Assembly: GCA_036339875.1 (NCBI GenBank)
Contig: JAYZAC010000117.1
Location: 1-12,118, forward strand
Length of the DNA stretch: 12,118 bases
Direction of reading: 5' to 3'
Source of the DNA: a bacterium
GTDB taxonomy: Bacteria > Muiribacteriota > UBA6191
This document shows positions 1 through 8,121 of this stretch, piece after piece. The notes under the pieces are model-generated. The model searched no databases. It was given only the letters and a program-made list of their open reading frames with translations, and was not told the DNA's origin. The position numbers and the translations under genes were made by a program. The first letter of the stretch is position 1. Each line of letters begins with the position of its first letter.

Positions 1-1256
1 CGATCAGCTAAAATTAAGCAGGCCATCTTAAATCGAGTCCACTGAAATACACCGGTCGCGTCATCAGCCATACAAACAGTTCCATTCATACGATCACAAC
101 ATTTGAGAAACGCCTCTTGAATCGTACTTCCCTGTGGAGTAATCGGTGGAGGTCTTTTAATAGCATCATGCCAATCTTCAGGAGGCGGCGGAATATACTC
201 ATCTTCTTGAGGTCCACCGCCATTTGCCGCCAACTCCATGACCGAAGCAACAGTTGAAATTTCTGTAGCAGTCAAATCTCTAACATTATATTGCTCATCA
301 AGCCAGACAATAATATCTGCTCTATCTAATGAATCGATACCAAGATCTGCACTCAGAACATCCTCAAAGTTAATATCGGATGGATTTTTATTCGCAATGC
401 GAGCCAGTTCTTCTAGTACATGATTCTTAATGTCACTTGAAATACCCTCAATATTTATATCTCGCTGCTTTTTCTCTAAGGGCTCTTTCAAATCGACTGA
501 CCAAAAGCTGTAACTTACGCGATTAAGTTCCTCAAAATCTGGTTTGTGATACCAATCATCCAGCCAACGATTGAAATCTAATTTCTCCGACTTCCAAGGA
601 AAGTCATTAGGCGCTAACTCAAATTCAAAAGTCACTTCTCTTCGCGGCATAAAAAATATAAAGTTCTTCAGTAATAACCAAATACATTCCTTAATCAAGA
701 GCAATGGCTTTGGACTTACTCCTGCATTGTAAGCAGTTCCTCCAACAGAGCCCCACATACCTCTAGATCGTACAAGAACAACTTTTATAGCAGGATAGTT
801 CTGTAGTAAATAATGCACCCCACTTGCACCACCCACAGAGTGCTGATTATTTCTCATGAGTGATCCAGCTGGGTAAATCACCATGTTTTCACCCTGCGTA
901 AGAGACTTACCGGCTTCATCTAGTAATGCCTCCATCCTACGCATTTTCATTGGAGAAAATCCCTCATCAAAGTTAGGTACCTGAAACGCTTTGACATACT
1001 TTAATATCCATTTCATTACTGGAACCCAAAAACAGTAGTCAATTGCCATAGGCCTAGGCTTGAACTCATCCCATATGTGACTTACAAGCTGTAAAGGATC
1101 AAAGTGGCTTGGATGATTAGGTAGAAATAATACCCCTTTACGATCCTTGATCCTGTCAAGACCCTTGTAGGTTATACGGTATCTGAGCTTTAAAATCTGG
1201 CGTACTAGAAAAGCTCCAATAGTTCCCCATAATTCGTTTCTTCTAGGATCAGACAT
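1..1256 (-). CDS. Partial gene (5' part, runs off the left edge): PlsC-type acyltransferase + internal acyl-carrier (phosphopantetheine-binding) domain + probable start of an AMP-binding domain; Aas-like
   Basis: Manual translation from ATG at 1256 (AAGGAGA SD just upstream) is open to the window edge: MSDPRRNELWGTIGAFLVRQILKLRYRI...LFLPNHPSHFDP (HX4D motif, ~1096-1118)...MVIYPAGSL (FPEG-like)...VVLVRSRGMWGS...DLGIDSLD (ACP Ser at 330-332)...Pro-rich linker...TIQEAFLKCC...MADDATG (resembles the start of an Aas adenylation domain). Not in the ORF track because there is no stop in the window. Confidence 0.85.
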   Translation of the reverse strand, partial: MSDPRRNELWGTIGAFLVRQILKLRYRITYKGLDRIKDRKGVLFLPNHPSHFDPLQLVSHIWDEFKPRPMAIDYCFWVPVMKWILKYVKAFQVPNFDEGFSPMKMRRMEALLDEAGKSLTQGENMVIYPAGSLMRNNQHSVGGASGVHYLLQNYPAIKVVLVRSRGMWGSVGGTAYNAGVSPKPLLLIKECIWLLLKNFIFFMPRREVTFEFELAPNDFPWKSEKLDFNRWLDDWYHKPDFEELNRVSYSFWSVDLKEPLEKKQRDINIEGISSDIKNHVLEELARIANKNPSDINFEDVLSADLGIDSLDRADIIVWLDEQYNVRDLTATEISTVASVMELAANGGGPQEDEYIPPPPEDWHDAIKRPPPITPQGSTIQEAFLKCCDRMNGTVCMADDATGVFQWTRFKMACLILAD

Positions 1257-1273
1257 ATATTCTCCTTGCTAAT

Positions 1274-1302
1274 ATTATGCCAGAAGGTCCCGACAGCTTA
1301 AA
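1274..1302 (-). promoter_or_regulatory. Putative sigma70 promoter for the acyltransferase-ACP gene
   Basis: Minus strand reads TTTAAG-17 nt-CATAAT with an extended -10 TG (TGgCATAAT), a few nt upstream of the AAGGAGA SD. Confidence 0.35.
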
Positions 1303-1600
1303 GCTCATAATCAATACAAATGTCATAGTTTCCAATTAGCTGTAGAAAAGTCATTCAATCCATACGCTAAAAATATAAGTTTAGTAGAAATTTCGATCAT
1401 GGGTTGAGTCACAATTGAAAAATTGGAATTCTCTATTAATAGGCCCTAAAGACTTGCTTCCTAATTAATTGAGGCCAGACTTACGACAAGTTCCATCAAT
1501 AGACTCAATAAAGAAGATTAGATGAACTCTTACAAACATTCGATAATAACTTTATACCTAGACACTCTACTCAGTTTCTAACTTCGATGATATTTCTCGA

Positions 1601-2524
1601 CTATCTAACATTGAAACCTAACCAGTCAATCGGCTTATAGTAATCGTTCATACGCTCATGCACCCCACCATTCGGGGGCTTGTATGAATATGTGTAGCAA
1701 ACACGTGGGGGTAATGAAATTAAAATACTATCTATTCTTCCACCAGTTTTAAGCCCAAAAAGAGTCCCTCGATCGTGAAGCAAATTAAATTCCACATAGC
1801 GGCCTCTTCGATGTAACTGAAAATCTACATCTGATTCATCAAAATCCTCATTGACTCTTTTCTTAACAATTGGAAAATACGACGGCATGAACCCATTACC
1901 TAAGTCACGCATCATAGTCAATTCAGACTCCAAGTCTCGACCTTTGAAGCGATCAAAAAAAAGCCCACCTATACCTCGCATTTCTCCGTTACGATGATGA
2001 TTTACGAAATACTGATCACATTCTTGCTTCATCCAATCATAGGAATTATAGGGCTTGCAAACCTCTGCCCAATGTTTATGAAAATAAATGAAATCTTCCT
2101 CATGCGGATAAAAAGGAGTCAGATCTGCGCCTCCACCGAACCAATATTTATCACCGAGATGAATCATACGAAAGTTGGCATGAACAGTCGGAACTCGAGG
2201 ATTAATTGGATGTAATATTAGAGAGATACCACTTGCCCAGAAATTTGTCTCTTCTGAGCCAAGCTGGCTTGCAAAATCAGATTTCAATTGCCCGTATACC
2301 CTACTAGTATTAACGCCTCCCGATTCAAAAACCTTACCGCGAAAATGCCTAGTAATGCCTCCGCCTCCATCATCTCCAATAGCATCCTCTCTACTCCATA
2401 TATCTTCAGTAATTTCAGCCTCTGAGTCCAATTCCAGAATCATTTTTGTAATAGCATTCTGCAAAGAACGTACTTCTGCATCAAAGTCTTTTTTAGCCTC
2501 TTCTAATGATATAATTCTGCCCAT
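1601..2524 (-). CDS. hemF: Oxygen-dependent coproporphyrinogen III oxidase
   Basis: Hallmark motifs: GGGGITR, FESGGVN, GISLILHPINPRVPTVHANFR, WFGGGADLTPFY, RGIGGLFFD, QLHRRGRYVEFNLLHDRGTLFGL, SILISLPP. GGAG SD lies at the end of the upstream gene. Confidence 0.97.
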   Translation of the reverse strand: MGRIISLEEAKKDFDAEVRSLQNAITKMILELDSEAEITEDIWSREDAIGDDGGGGITRHFRGKVFESGGVNTSRVYGQLKSDFASQLGSEETNFWASGISLILHPINPRVPTVHANFRMIHLGDKYWFGGGADLTPFYPHEEDFIYFHKHWAEVCKPYNSYDWMKQECDQYFVNHHRNGEMRGIGGLFFDRFKGRDLESELTMMRDLGNGFMPSYFPIVKKRVNEDFDESDVDFQLHRRGRYVEFNLLHDRGTLFGLKTGGRIDSILISLPPRVCYTYSYKPPNGGVHERMNDYYKPIDWLGFNVR

Positions 2525-2526
2525 AA

Positions 2527-3471
2527 CTACTCCAGATTGCTTTGGTAAGATCTTATACTATTTATAATTTGCTCCACTAAACGATGCCTAGATTGCTTAG
2601 AGGTCCAAGCCATATGAGGCGTAATGATGACTTTAGGATCATTCAGATGTAACAAAGCGTGATCTTGACTTGGAGGTTCTTGGTCAATTACGTCAAGACC
2701 CACTCCCAAAAACCGACCACTTTTAAGCCAATTAAGTAAAGCAACTGGATCACAAATCTGTCCCCGAGCCATATTCAGAAACACTACATCAGACTTCAGC
2801 ATATCAAACTCTCTATCACTGAGTAAGTGAAAGGTCTCCTCGCGTAAACTAGTATGAACAGATAACACATCGCTAGACTCTAACAACTCACCGAAAGATA
2901 CCGATTGATAATCAGTGTGAGATGACCTACCTGATACAGAATGGTATACCACTTCGGCCCCAAAAGCAGAAGCTAATTTAGCTACCTGCTTTCCGATAGA
3001 ACCCAAACCCAAAATTCCCCAACGCTTGGAGTTTAGTTCATCAAAATTAGTACCTACCATTGAAAAAACCTTAGATTTAGGCCAATTCAATAAACAATCA
3101 TCATGACGCAATCTATTTTTATGAATTAATTCGAGACACAAAGACATACAATGCTGCGCCACAGAATGAGTAGAATAACCTGTGGCATTACATACTTGTA
3201 TTCCACGCGACTGAGCAAATTTTAAGTCAATATTATTGGTTCCAGTGGCCGCTACACAAATAAGTTTTAATTCAGATGCCTCAGTCAAAACGGATGCATC
3301 CAAAATAACTTTGTTAGTAATAACGATATCAAAACCTTTAATGCGTTCTAATATTTCTTGCGGTTCGGTGGAAGAATAAATGGTCAAAGGCGCCAGTTCA
3401 TTTAGCTCACTGAAGCTATAATCAGCTCCAAAAGTTTCTGCGTCAAGAAAGCAAATACGATTCTGTTTCAT
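2527..3471 (-). CDS. D-isomer-specific 2-hydroxyacid dehydrogenase (glycerate dehydrogenase/hydroxypyruvate reductase-like)
   Basis: ITNKV, ICVAATGTNNID, NATGYSTHSVAQH, Rossmann GILGLGSIG, LNMARG (catalytic Arg), DVIDQEP (Glu), ITPHMAW (His). Start trimmed to MKQNRICFLD (3471), which matches the usual family N-terminus; the track's start at 3519 is possible but less likely. Confidence 0.92.
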   Translation of the reverse strand: MKQNRICFLDAETFGADYSFSELNELAPLTIYSSTEPQEILERIKGFDIVITNKVILDASVLTEASELKLICVAATGTNNIDLKFAQSRGIQVCNATGYSTHSVAQHCMSLCLELIHKNRLRHDDCLLNWPKSKVFSMVGTNFDELNSKRWGILGLGSIGKQVAKLASAFGAEVVYHSVSGRSSHTDYQSVSFGELLESSDVLSVHTSLREETFHLLSDREFDMLKSDVVFLNMARGQICDPVALLNWLKSGRFLGVGLDVIDQEPPSQDHALLHLNDPKVIITPHMAWTSKQSRHRLVEQIINSIRSYQSNLE

Positions 3472-3559
3472 GGTGGGATATTGGATTGATATAATAACTG
3501 TGCCAGATGCCATTAGCAAACAACAAACTTAGCAATTAGAAAATATATAAGATCGAAAT

Positions 3560-4111
3560 ATGCAAGCACTCAATCTCATCGTTTTTGGAGCTCCGGGTAG
3601 CGGAGTCAGTACCGTGTGTCAAAATCTCTCAAAAACTTTTAATTTCCATTACGTCACTTTACGAAATAAATGCCAACCTCCTGACTCTGGAGATCCACTT
3701 CCTCTGGAAAATCAAGAATTCGAAAAACTAAAACAGCAACTCCAAAAGACTAAAGGATACCTAATTGACGGTTCTCCCTGCCTTTTAGATCTAAATTTAA
3801 GAGACTTAGATGGAATTATTTATGTTACGACTCCTAGAATAGAACGCTTGAAACGAATTCGTGAGAGAGAAGTAACTGCGCAAGGCGAAAAGATCCTCAA
3901 AGAAGGTTGTAAGGAGTTTAAAGTTTTCAACCGCTACATGTACTGGATATCGCAGTTTGATCAAGCCGGAATCGATCGTGAGAGCAAAATATTACATGAA
4001 AAATTTCTGAATTCAACTAGTGTTCCAACCCTTAGAGCTAATGGCCTGCTGAATGAAGAGGACCTTATTCAGCAGACCATAGATTGGATTAATGGACTAG
4101 GTAAAGATTAA
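3560..4111 (+). CDS. P-loop NMP-kinase-like protein (adenylate-kinase-like/AAA family), substrate unknown
   Basis: N-terminal beta-strand + GAPGSGVST P-loop, YLIDGS, IIYVTTPRIERLKRIRERE, C-terminal HEKFL...PTLRANG. This pattern resembles the widespread 'GASGSG(T/V)TT' kinase-like family. Confidence 0.75.
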   Translation: MQALNLIVFGAPGSGVSTVCQNLSKTFNFHYVTLRNKCQPPDSGDPLPLENQEFEKLKQQLQKTKGYLIDGSPCLLDLNLRDLDGIIYVTTPRIERLKRIREREVTAQGEKILKEGCKEFKVFNRYMYWISQFDQAGIDRESKILHEKFLNSTSVPTLRANGLLNEEDLIQQTIDWINGLGKD

Positions 4112-4830
4112 TCTGTGTCTTCTTCATCGTTTTCGAAGTCGTCTTGATAAAACCAGATAACCTTTCCTCTTAGAACTTTGAATTCGAATTCATTTTTACT
4201 CAAGCCCCTTAAAAATCTCGCAAACATATCTACCGCTCTTTGAGGAGCGAGCTTGTATAATTGCCGAAAGTCAAAAACACCACGAGTACAAGCTAGAAAT
4301 TCACTTATAACACATAGTTTTCTGATACTAGAACTCATGCCAACATTATCAGACATCATTGCTTGTATCTGACGTTTACGAGGATGTGTTAGAACCTCGA
4401 ATCTAAAATCTAAATTAAAACGTACAACTACCTCAATTCTAGTATCTACATGAATACTATCTAAAAATTTTAAAATCTTGGAATCGATTTTAATTTGTAG
4501 CTGATCACGAATTGATCTCATATCCTCAATAGAGCCCTTAAAATTCATCTGAGAAAATGTTTCCAATGCCTCTGATAAAAAAGGAACTGCAGAACTTACA
4601 AGTCCAAATTCTGAAGGATTAAATTCTGGGCTGCCTGACTTATCCATACGAATCGGAAAGTCTTCCATCCAAGCAATGCCTCGAATTTCTTCTTCAAAAT
4701 CAGCTGTTGTAAAAATTTGACTGAACGTAGAAAAGAATTGGTTTTTGATCTCTTGATTATTTGTTATCCCAAGTCCTACTGGATTCAGTGGACTCGATGT
4801 TGTGACCGTCTCAATCGAGGCTTCACTCAT
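4108..4830 (-). CDS. Hypothetical protein (240 aa) with a Ser/Thr-rich N-terminus and acidic C-terminal tail
   Basis: Long ORF. Strong AGGAGG SD (4838-4843) 7 nt before ATG at 4830, so the start is trimmed from the track's 4848. Stop overlaps the stop of the convergent kinase gene (shared TTAA at 4108-4111). Confidence 0.75.
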   Translation of the reverse strand: MSEASIETVTTSSPLNPVGLGITNNQEIKNQFFSTFSQIFTTADFEEEIRGIAWMEDFPIRMDKSGSPEFNPSEFGLVSSAVPFLSEALETFSQMNFKGSIEDMRSIRDQLQIKIDSKILKFLDSIHVDTRIEVVVRFNLDFRFEVLTHPRKRQIQAMMSDNVGMSSSIRKLCVISEFLACTRGVFDFRQLYKLAPQRAVDMFARFLRGLSKNEFEFKVLRGKVIWFYQDDFENDEEDTD

Positions 4831-4867
4831 ACCTTTTCCTCCTAACAAAAAAAATCCCCTATTCGAT

Positions 4868-4895
4868 ATATCGGATCACTCAACAAAATGTCTGA
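4868..4895 (-). promoter_or_regulatory. Putative sigma28 (FliA/SigD)-like promoter
   Basis: Minus strand TCAGA-N15-TCCGATAT, 37 nt upstream of ATG 4830 and just downstream of an intrinsic terminator. The -10 matches the CCGATA core; the -35 and spacing are non-canonical. Confidence 0.35.
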
Positions 4896-4959
4896 AGGAA
4901 AATTAATTCTGAGCAATATTTAAACTTAATCCTCTGCCAACAAAAACAAACAAACTTAT

Positions 4960-4993
4960 AAAAAAAAACGACCTCAAATATAAATTTGAGGCC
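4960..4993 (-). terminator. Rho-independent terminator of the FKBP/Prx-HMA transcript
   Basis: Minus strand GGCCTCAAAT-TTAT-ATTTGAGGTC (10-bp stem with one G-U pair) followed by G and T9, 21 nt after the stop at 5015. Confidence 0.8.
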
Positions 4994-5014
4994 CAAAATC
5001 AACAGAATCGGAAT

Positions 5015-5905
5015 TTATAATTTTTTCGCAGAGATCACAGGAAAGCCCTTACCCACCGCTTTTTTGACCTTTTCAAGACTAGCTACATCAGAATTATAGG
5101 TAACCTTAGCTTTACCAGTCTTAAAACTAACTACAACATGCTGTACACCCTCAAGAGCCATAAGCCTTTTTTTGATAGTCGATGCACAACCACCGCAATG
5201 GACCTCTTTAATTTGTAAGAGAGCTTGTTGTACCCCTGTAGTCTTGGTTACTTTACCTTGTAACGATTTTAAGCTAGCCAATAGCTTACTTTTATCTACC
5301 CGCTTCTTATAGTCAGCTTCAACGAAATCAAATCGAATTTTTCCGTCACGATCTATAAGATAGGTTGCTGCTAACGGTAAAGATTGGCTATTTTCGCCAT
5401 TTGCCTTATTTAGATCAATCCCAAAATCTTTGTAGAGTGCATTAACATTATCAGGCAAACGAAACACAACTTTATACGCTTTGGATACTTTACTATTTAC
5501 ATCACTTAGTAATGAAAAGTCTGAACCAATTAATCTAGCTGTTTTCTGTATACCTGAACCAAGTTCAGGAGTCACAGCTACGAGTGTTGCACCATACTCC
5601 TTCAGCACGGGTAAAATTTTACGCAGCGCCTTTAATTCTTGGTTACAATAGGAACACCAACTACCTCTATAAAACGTTAGTACAACGGGCCCTTCACGCA
5701 ATAGTTTGTTTAACTCAATCCGCTTTCCTTTTTGATTAAAAAGTTTAAAGTCTGGAGCCTTTGAGCCTGTTCTAAGAACATCTGCCATCATTTCAGACTT
5801 TCGCAAGTCATCGATGGCTTTCTCAAAAACCTTCTGAGGGTCTGCTGATAGCACACTGCAGATAGCTATAAATAAAGTCGTTAACAATAAGTTAATTTGA
5901 TACAT
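5015..5905 (-). CDS. Exported AhpC/TSA (peroxiredoxin-like, FYRGxWCxxC type) protein fused to a C-terminal HMA domain
   Basis: Signal-peptide-like N-terminus (hydrophobic core, VLSA/DP). Redoxin motifs GSKAPDFKL, GPVVLTFYRGSWCSYCNQEL, LVAVTPE, LLSD, LPLAATYLIDRDGKIRF. C-terminal ~68 aa LQIKEVHCGGCASTIKKRLMALEGVQHVVVSFKTGKAKVTY...GF is HMA-like. GAGGTG SD. Confidence 0.88.
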   Translation of the reverse strand: MYQINLLLTTLFIAICSVLSADPQKVFEKAIDDLRKSEMMADVLRTGSKAPDFKLFNQKGKRIELNKLLREGPVVLTFYRGSWCSYCNQELKALRKILPVLKEYGATLVAVTPELGSGIQKTARLIGSDFSLLSDVNSKVSKAYKVVFRLPDNVNALYKDFGIDLNKANGENSQSLPLAATYLIDRDGKIRFDFVEADYKKRVDKSKLLASLKSLQGKVTKTTGVQQALLQIKEVHCGGCASTIKKRLMALEGVQHVVVSFKTGKAKVTYNSDVASLEKVKKAVGKGFPVISAKKL

Positions 5906-5937
5906 AAATCACCTCAATTAGTAAAACCGTAAATTTT

Positions 5938-6303
5938 TTAGAAGAAATCAAGCAATTCAATTTCAAAGTACAAAGCCGCATTTGGAGGGATTGGGCCTAC
6001 ACCCTGAGTTCCGTAAGCATACTCTGGACCAATATGCACTAGCACCTTCTGACCAACTTTCATATGACCAACCATACGGCTCCAACCTTCAATTACGCCC
6101 TCTCCTAATTGAAAACTAAATGCACTGTCTCGATTTCGAGAGCTATCGAACAAAGTGCCATCTTCAAGCCACCCGCTATAATGGCAAGTTACTGCGTCAC
6201 CTTCCTCAGGAATTTCTCCATTCCCCTCGGTAATCACCCAATACTTCAATCCTTCTATATTTTCATACAACTCACCAAGCTCATTTGGATTTGGCATTTT
6301 CAT
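5938..6303 (-). CDS. FKBP-type peptidyl-prolyl cis-trans isomerase (single domain, cytoplasmic)
   Basis: GLKYWVITEGNG, VTCHYSGWLEDGTLFDSS, FQLG.GVIEGW, MKVGQK, PEYAYG, GPIPPNAALYFEIELL. Start is probably ATG 6303 or 6297 (AGGA SD at 6307-6310) rather than the track's 6318. Confidence 0.95.
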   Translation of the reverse strand: MKMPNPNELGELYENIEGLKYWVITEGNGEIPEEGDAVTCHYSGWLEDGTLFDSSRNRDSAFSFQLGEGVIEGWSRMVGHMKVGQKVLVHIGPEYAYGTQGVGPIPPNAALYFEIELLDFF

Positions 6304-6385
6304 ATTTCCTACTTTCAATTCATCTATAAGTCCTGTAAGTTCATCATTCTACGAACTACTTGTCCATAAGAAAAGGTTTCCCATA

Positions 6386-7318
6386 ATGAATCCTGAACCA
6401 AAATTTAGTCGCATGTCTGTTTCAACACTCCAGATAAATGTTGGAAAAATCTGCAATATGAGCTGCTCTCACTGTCATGTAGAAGCTGGACCACATCGCA
6501 CAGAAACAATGGACGAAAAGGTTTATAATAGAGTTATTGAGCTGATGGATAAACTGAAGCCCCAAACCATTGATATTACAGGTGGAGCGCCTGAGCTAAA
6601 TCCTGCATTCCGTCCCCTCGTAAAAGCTGCATCTAAACGTGGATGTAAAATTATTGATCGCTGTAATCTATCTGTATTACTAATTAAATCACAACATGAT
6701 CTCATCGATTTCCTCGTTGATCATAAGGTACATATTATCGCGAGTCTCCCCTGCTACTCTAAAGAAAATGTTGATAAACAAAGAGGGAATGGAGCCTTTG
6801 ATAAAAGTATTCGTGCTATTAAAAGTTTGAATAATGTCGGCTACGGAATAGCTTCCGATTTAGTTCTAGATTTTATATACAATCCGGCTGGAATCCATTT
6901 AGCTCCTCAACAACATCAATTAGAAAACGACTATAAAATAAGACTAAAAAATGATTTTGGGATCCAATTCAATAACTTATATGCACTACATAATTTCCCA
7001 GTAGGTCGATTCGCCGAAGAACTAAAAAAAACCGGCCAATGGAATCATTATATGAATTTACTAGTACAAAATTACAACCCCTCAACTATTGATGGCTTAA
7101 TGTGCCGAAGTCAATTAAGCATAGGCTATGATGGTAGAATTTTCGATTGTGATTTCCATCAAATGGAAAACATATATATCAACTCGAATGATCATAAACC
7201 AATGACTATATTTGAACTCGAATCTTTAGAACAAGTGAAATCTACAATACCCTGGCGGTCACACTGCTATGCTTGCACTGCGGGAAACGGAGCTAGTTGT
7301 AGTGGCTCGATCACTTAA
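6386..7318 (+). CDS. arsS: Radical SAM/Cys-rich protein of the ArsS (arsenosugar biosynthesis, DUF3641-containing) family
   Basis: TLQINVGKICNMSCSHCHVEAGPHRTETM (CxxxCxxC at 6452-6475), DITGGAPEL, IIDRCNL, ASLPCY, NVDKQRG, NNLY, LMCRSQLS, DCDFHQM, C-terminal HCYACTAGNGASCSG. All are characteristic of this family. The symbol reflects the family; the function is not shown. Confidence 0.88.
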   Translation: MNPEPKFSRMSVSTLQINVGKICNMSCSHCHVEAGPHRTETMDEKVYNRVIELMDKLKPQTIDITGGAPELNPAFRPLVKAASKRGCKIIDRCNLSVLLIKSQHDLIDFLVDHKVHIIASLPCYSKENVDKQRGNGAFDKSIRAIKSLNNVGYGIASDLVLDFIYNPAGIHLAPQQHQLENDYKIRLKNDFGIQFNNLYALHNFPVGRFAEELKKTGQWNHYMNLLVQNYNPSTIDGLMCRSQLSIGYDGRIFDCDFHQMENIYINSNDHKPMTIFELESLEQVKSTIPWRSHCYACTAGNGASCSGSIT

Positions 7319-7323
7319 TCAAC

Positions 7324-8121
7324 TTAGATCGAGTTGATAGACCAATCGTAATTTAGGAAAGATAATGGAATAACAGTAGTCTTAATTCTTTGCTTCATTG
7401 GTGCCTGACTATAGTCATGAATAAAACCCATCACACCGGAGAATTTGCCATACTTCTTGGTAAATGAATAACGATGATTGCGAAAGTCTCGGTAAAACCA
7501 CTCAAAGATTTTTGATAACTTTATGTCTTCACATTCAGCACACGAATAAAACTTGTCCGACTGCTTGAAAAACAAGCGTGTCTGATCCTCTAATTGATTA
7601 TCTAGCTCAAGAGCAACATAAGCTTCAGAACGCAATTCGGGGCAACCGACAGAGGCACAATTCAATGCAAAATGTACTCGGGGATCACCAAACGAACGGG
7701 CAAACTTATGCTCGATTTCATCCAATGAAACGTGGTTATCTGCTAGTTTATACTTTTTTTCTTTCCAAACATTCGGAATATCACGGATACTATCTACCGG
7801 CCAATGGTCCAAAACAGCAGTAATCGTAAATGCATTGTAAGCATTAATATAAAGAGCCAGTTGCTCTAATTTTGAAAAACTACTCAGTTCTGTTGATTTG
7901 ATATTAGATAAAAGACCAAGGTAACTGTTTAATACTTCCCTTGACTCGCTCTGTATGCCTAAGTAATTGACCTTGCCAGAGCTTACATATTTATTTAAAA
8001 GTTCATTAAAAACATCATGTTCGATAGCAAATAAGTATGTATGGCTTAGCAAAATTATTGATGATAGCGTCCATCGAGAGACTGTTCTAAAGATATAAAA
8101 AAAATACTGACTTAGGTACAT
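7324..8121 (-). CDS. DUF547 domain protein, probably exported
   Basis: H..F..LL.KYV..G.V.Y, EQLALYINAYNAFTI, SLDEIEH, DPRVHFALNCASVGCPEL..EAY, LSKIFEWFYRDF, FLNYDWSIN; hydrophobic N-terminus. Start overlaps the upstream stop (TAATG). Confidence 0.9.
   Translation of the reverse strand: MYLSQYFFYIFRTVSRWTLSSIILLSHTYLFAIEHDVFNELLNKYVSSGKVNYLGIQSESREVLNSYLGLLSNIKSTELSSFSKLEQLALYINAYNAFTITAVLDHWPVDSIRDIPNVWKEKKYKLADNHVSLDEIEHKFARSFGDPRVHFALNCASVGCPELRSEAYVALELDNQLEDQTRLFFKQSDKFYSCAECEDIKLSKIFEWFYRDFRNHRYSFTKKYGKFSGVMGFIHDYSQAPMKQRIKTTVIPLSFLNYDWSINSI

Noticed and set aside
238..423. 61-aa plus-strand ORF
   Set aside because: Antisense shadow of the ACP domain of the minus-strand Aas-like gene.
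1303..1600. About 300-nt intergenic region after hemF as a possible ncRNA or riboswitch
   Set aside because: Only short AT-rich palindromes; no recognisable RNA motif or terminator.
3490..3535. TGGCAC on the minus strand (sigma54 -24-like) and a TTAGCAA direct repeat in the divergent gap
   Set aside because: The -12 position reads TTAT rather than TTGC; the 7-nt AT-rich repeat is too weak to call.
6335..6359. AGTTC...GAACT inverted repeat between FKBP and arsS as an ArsR/MerR-type operator
   Set aside because: Only a 5-bp arm, no match to an operator I can name, and no regulator gene in the window.
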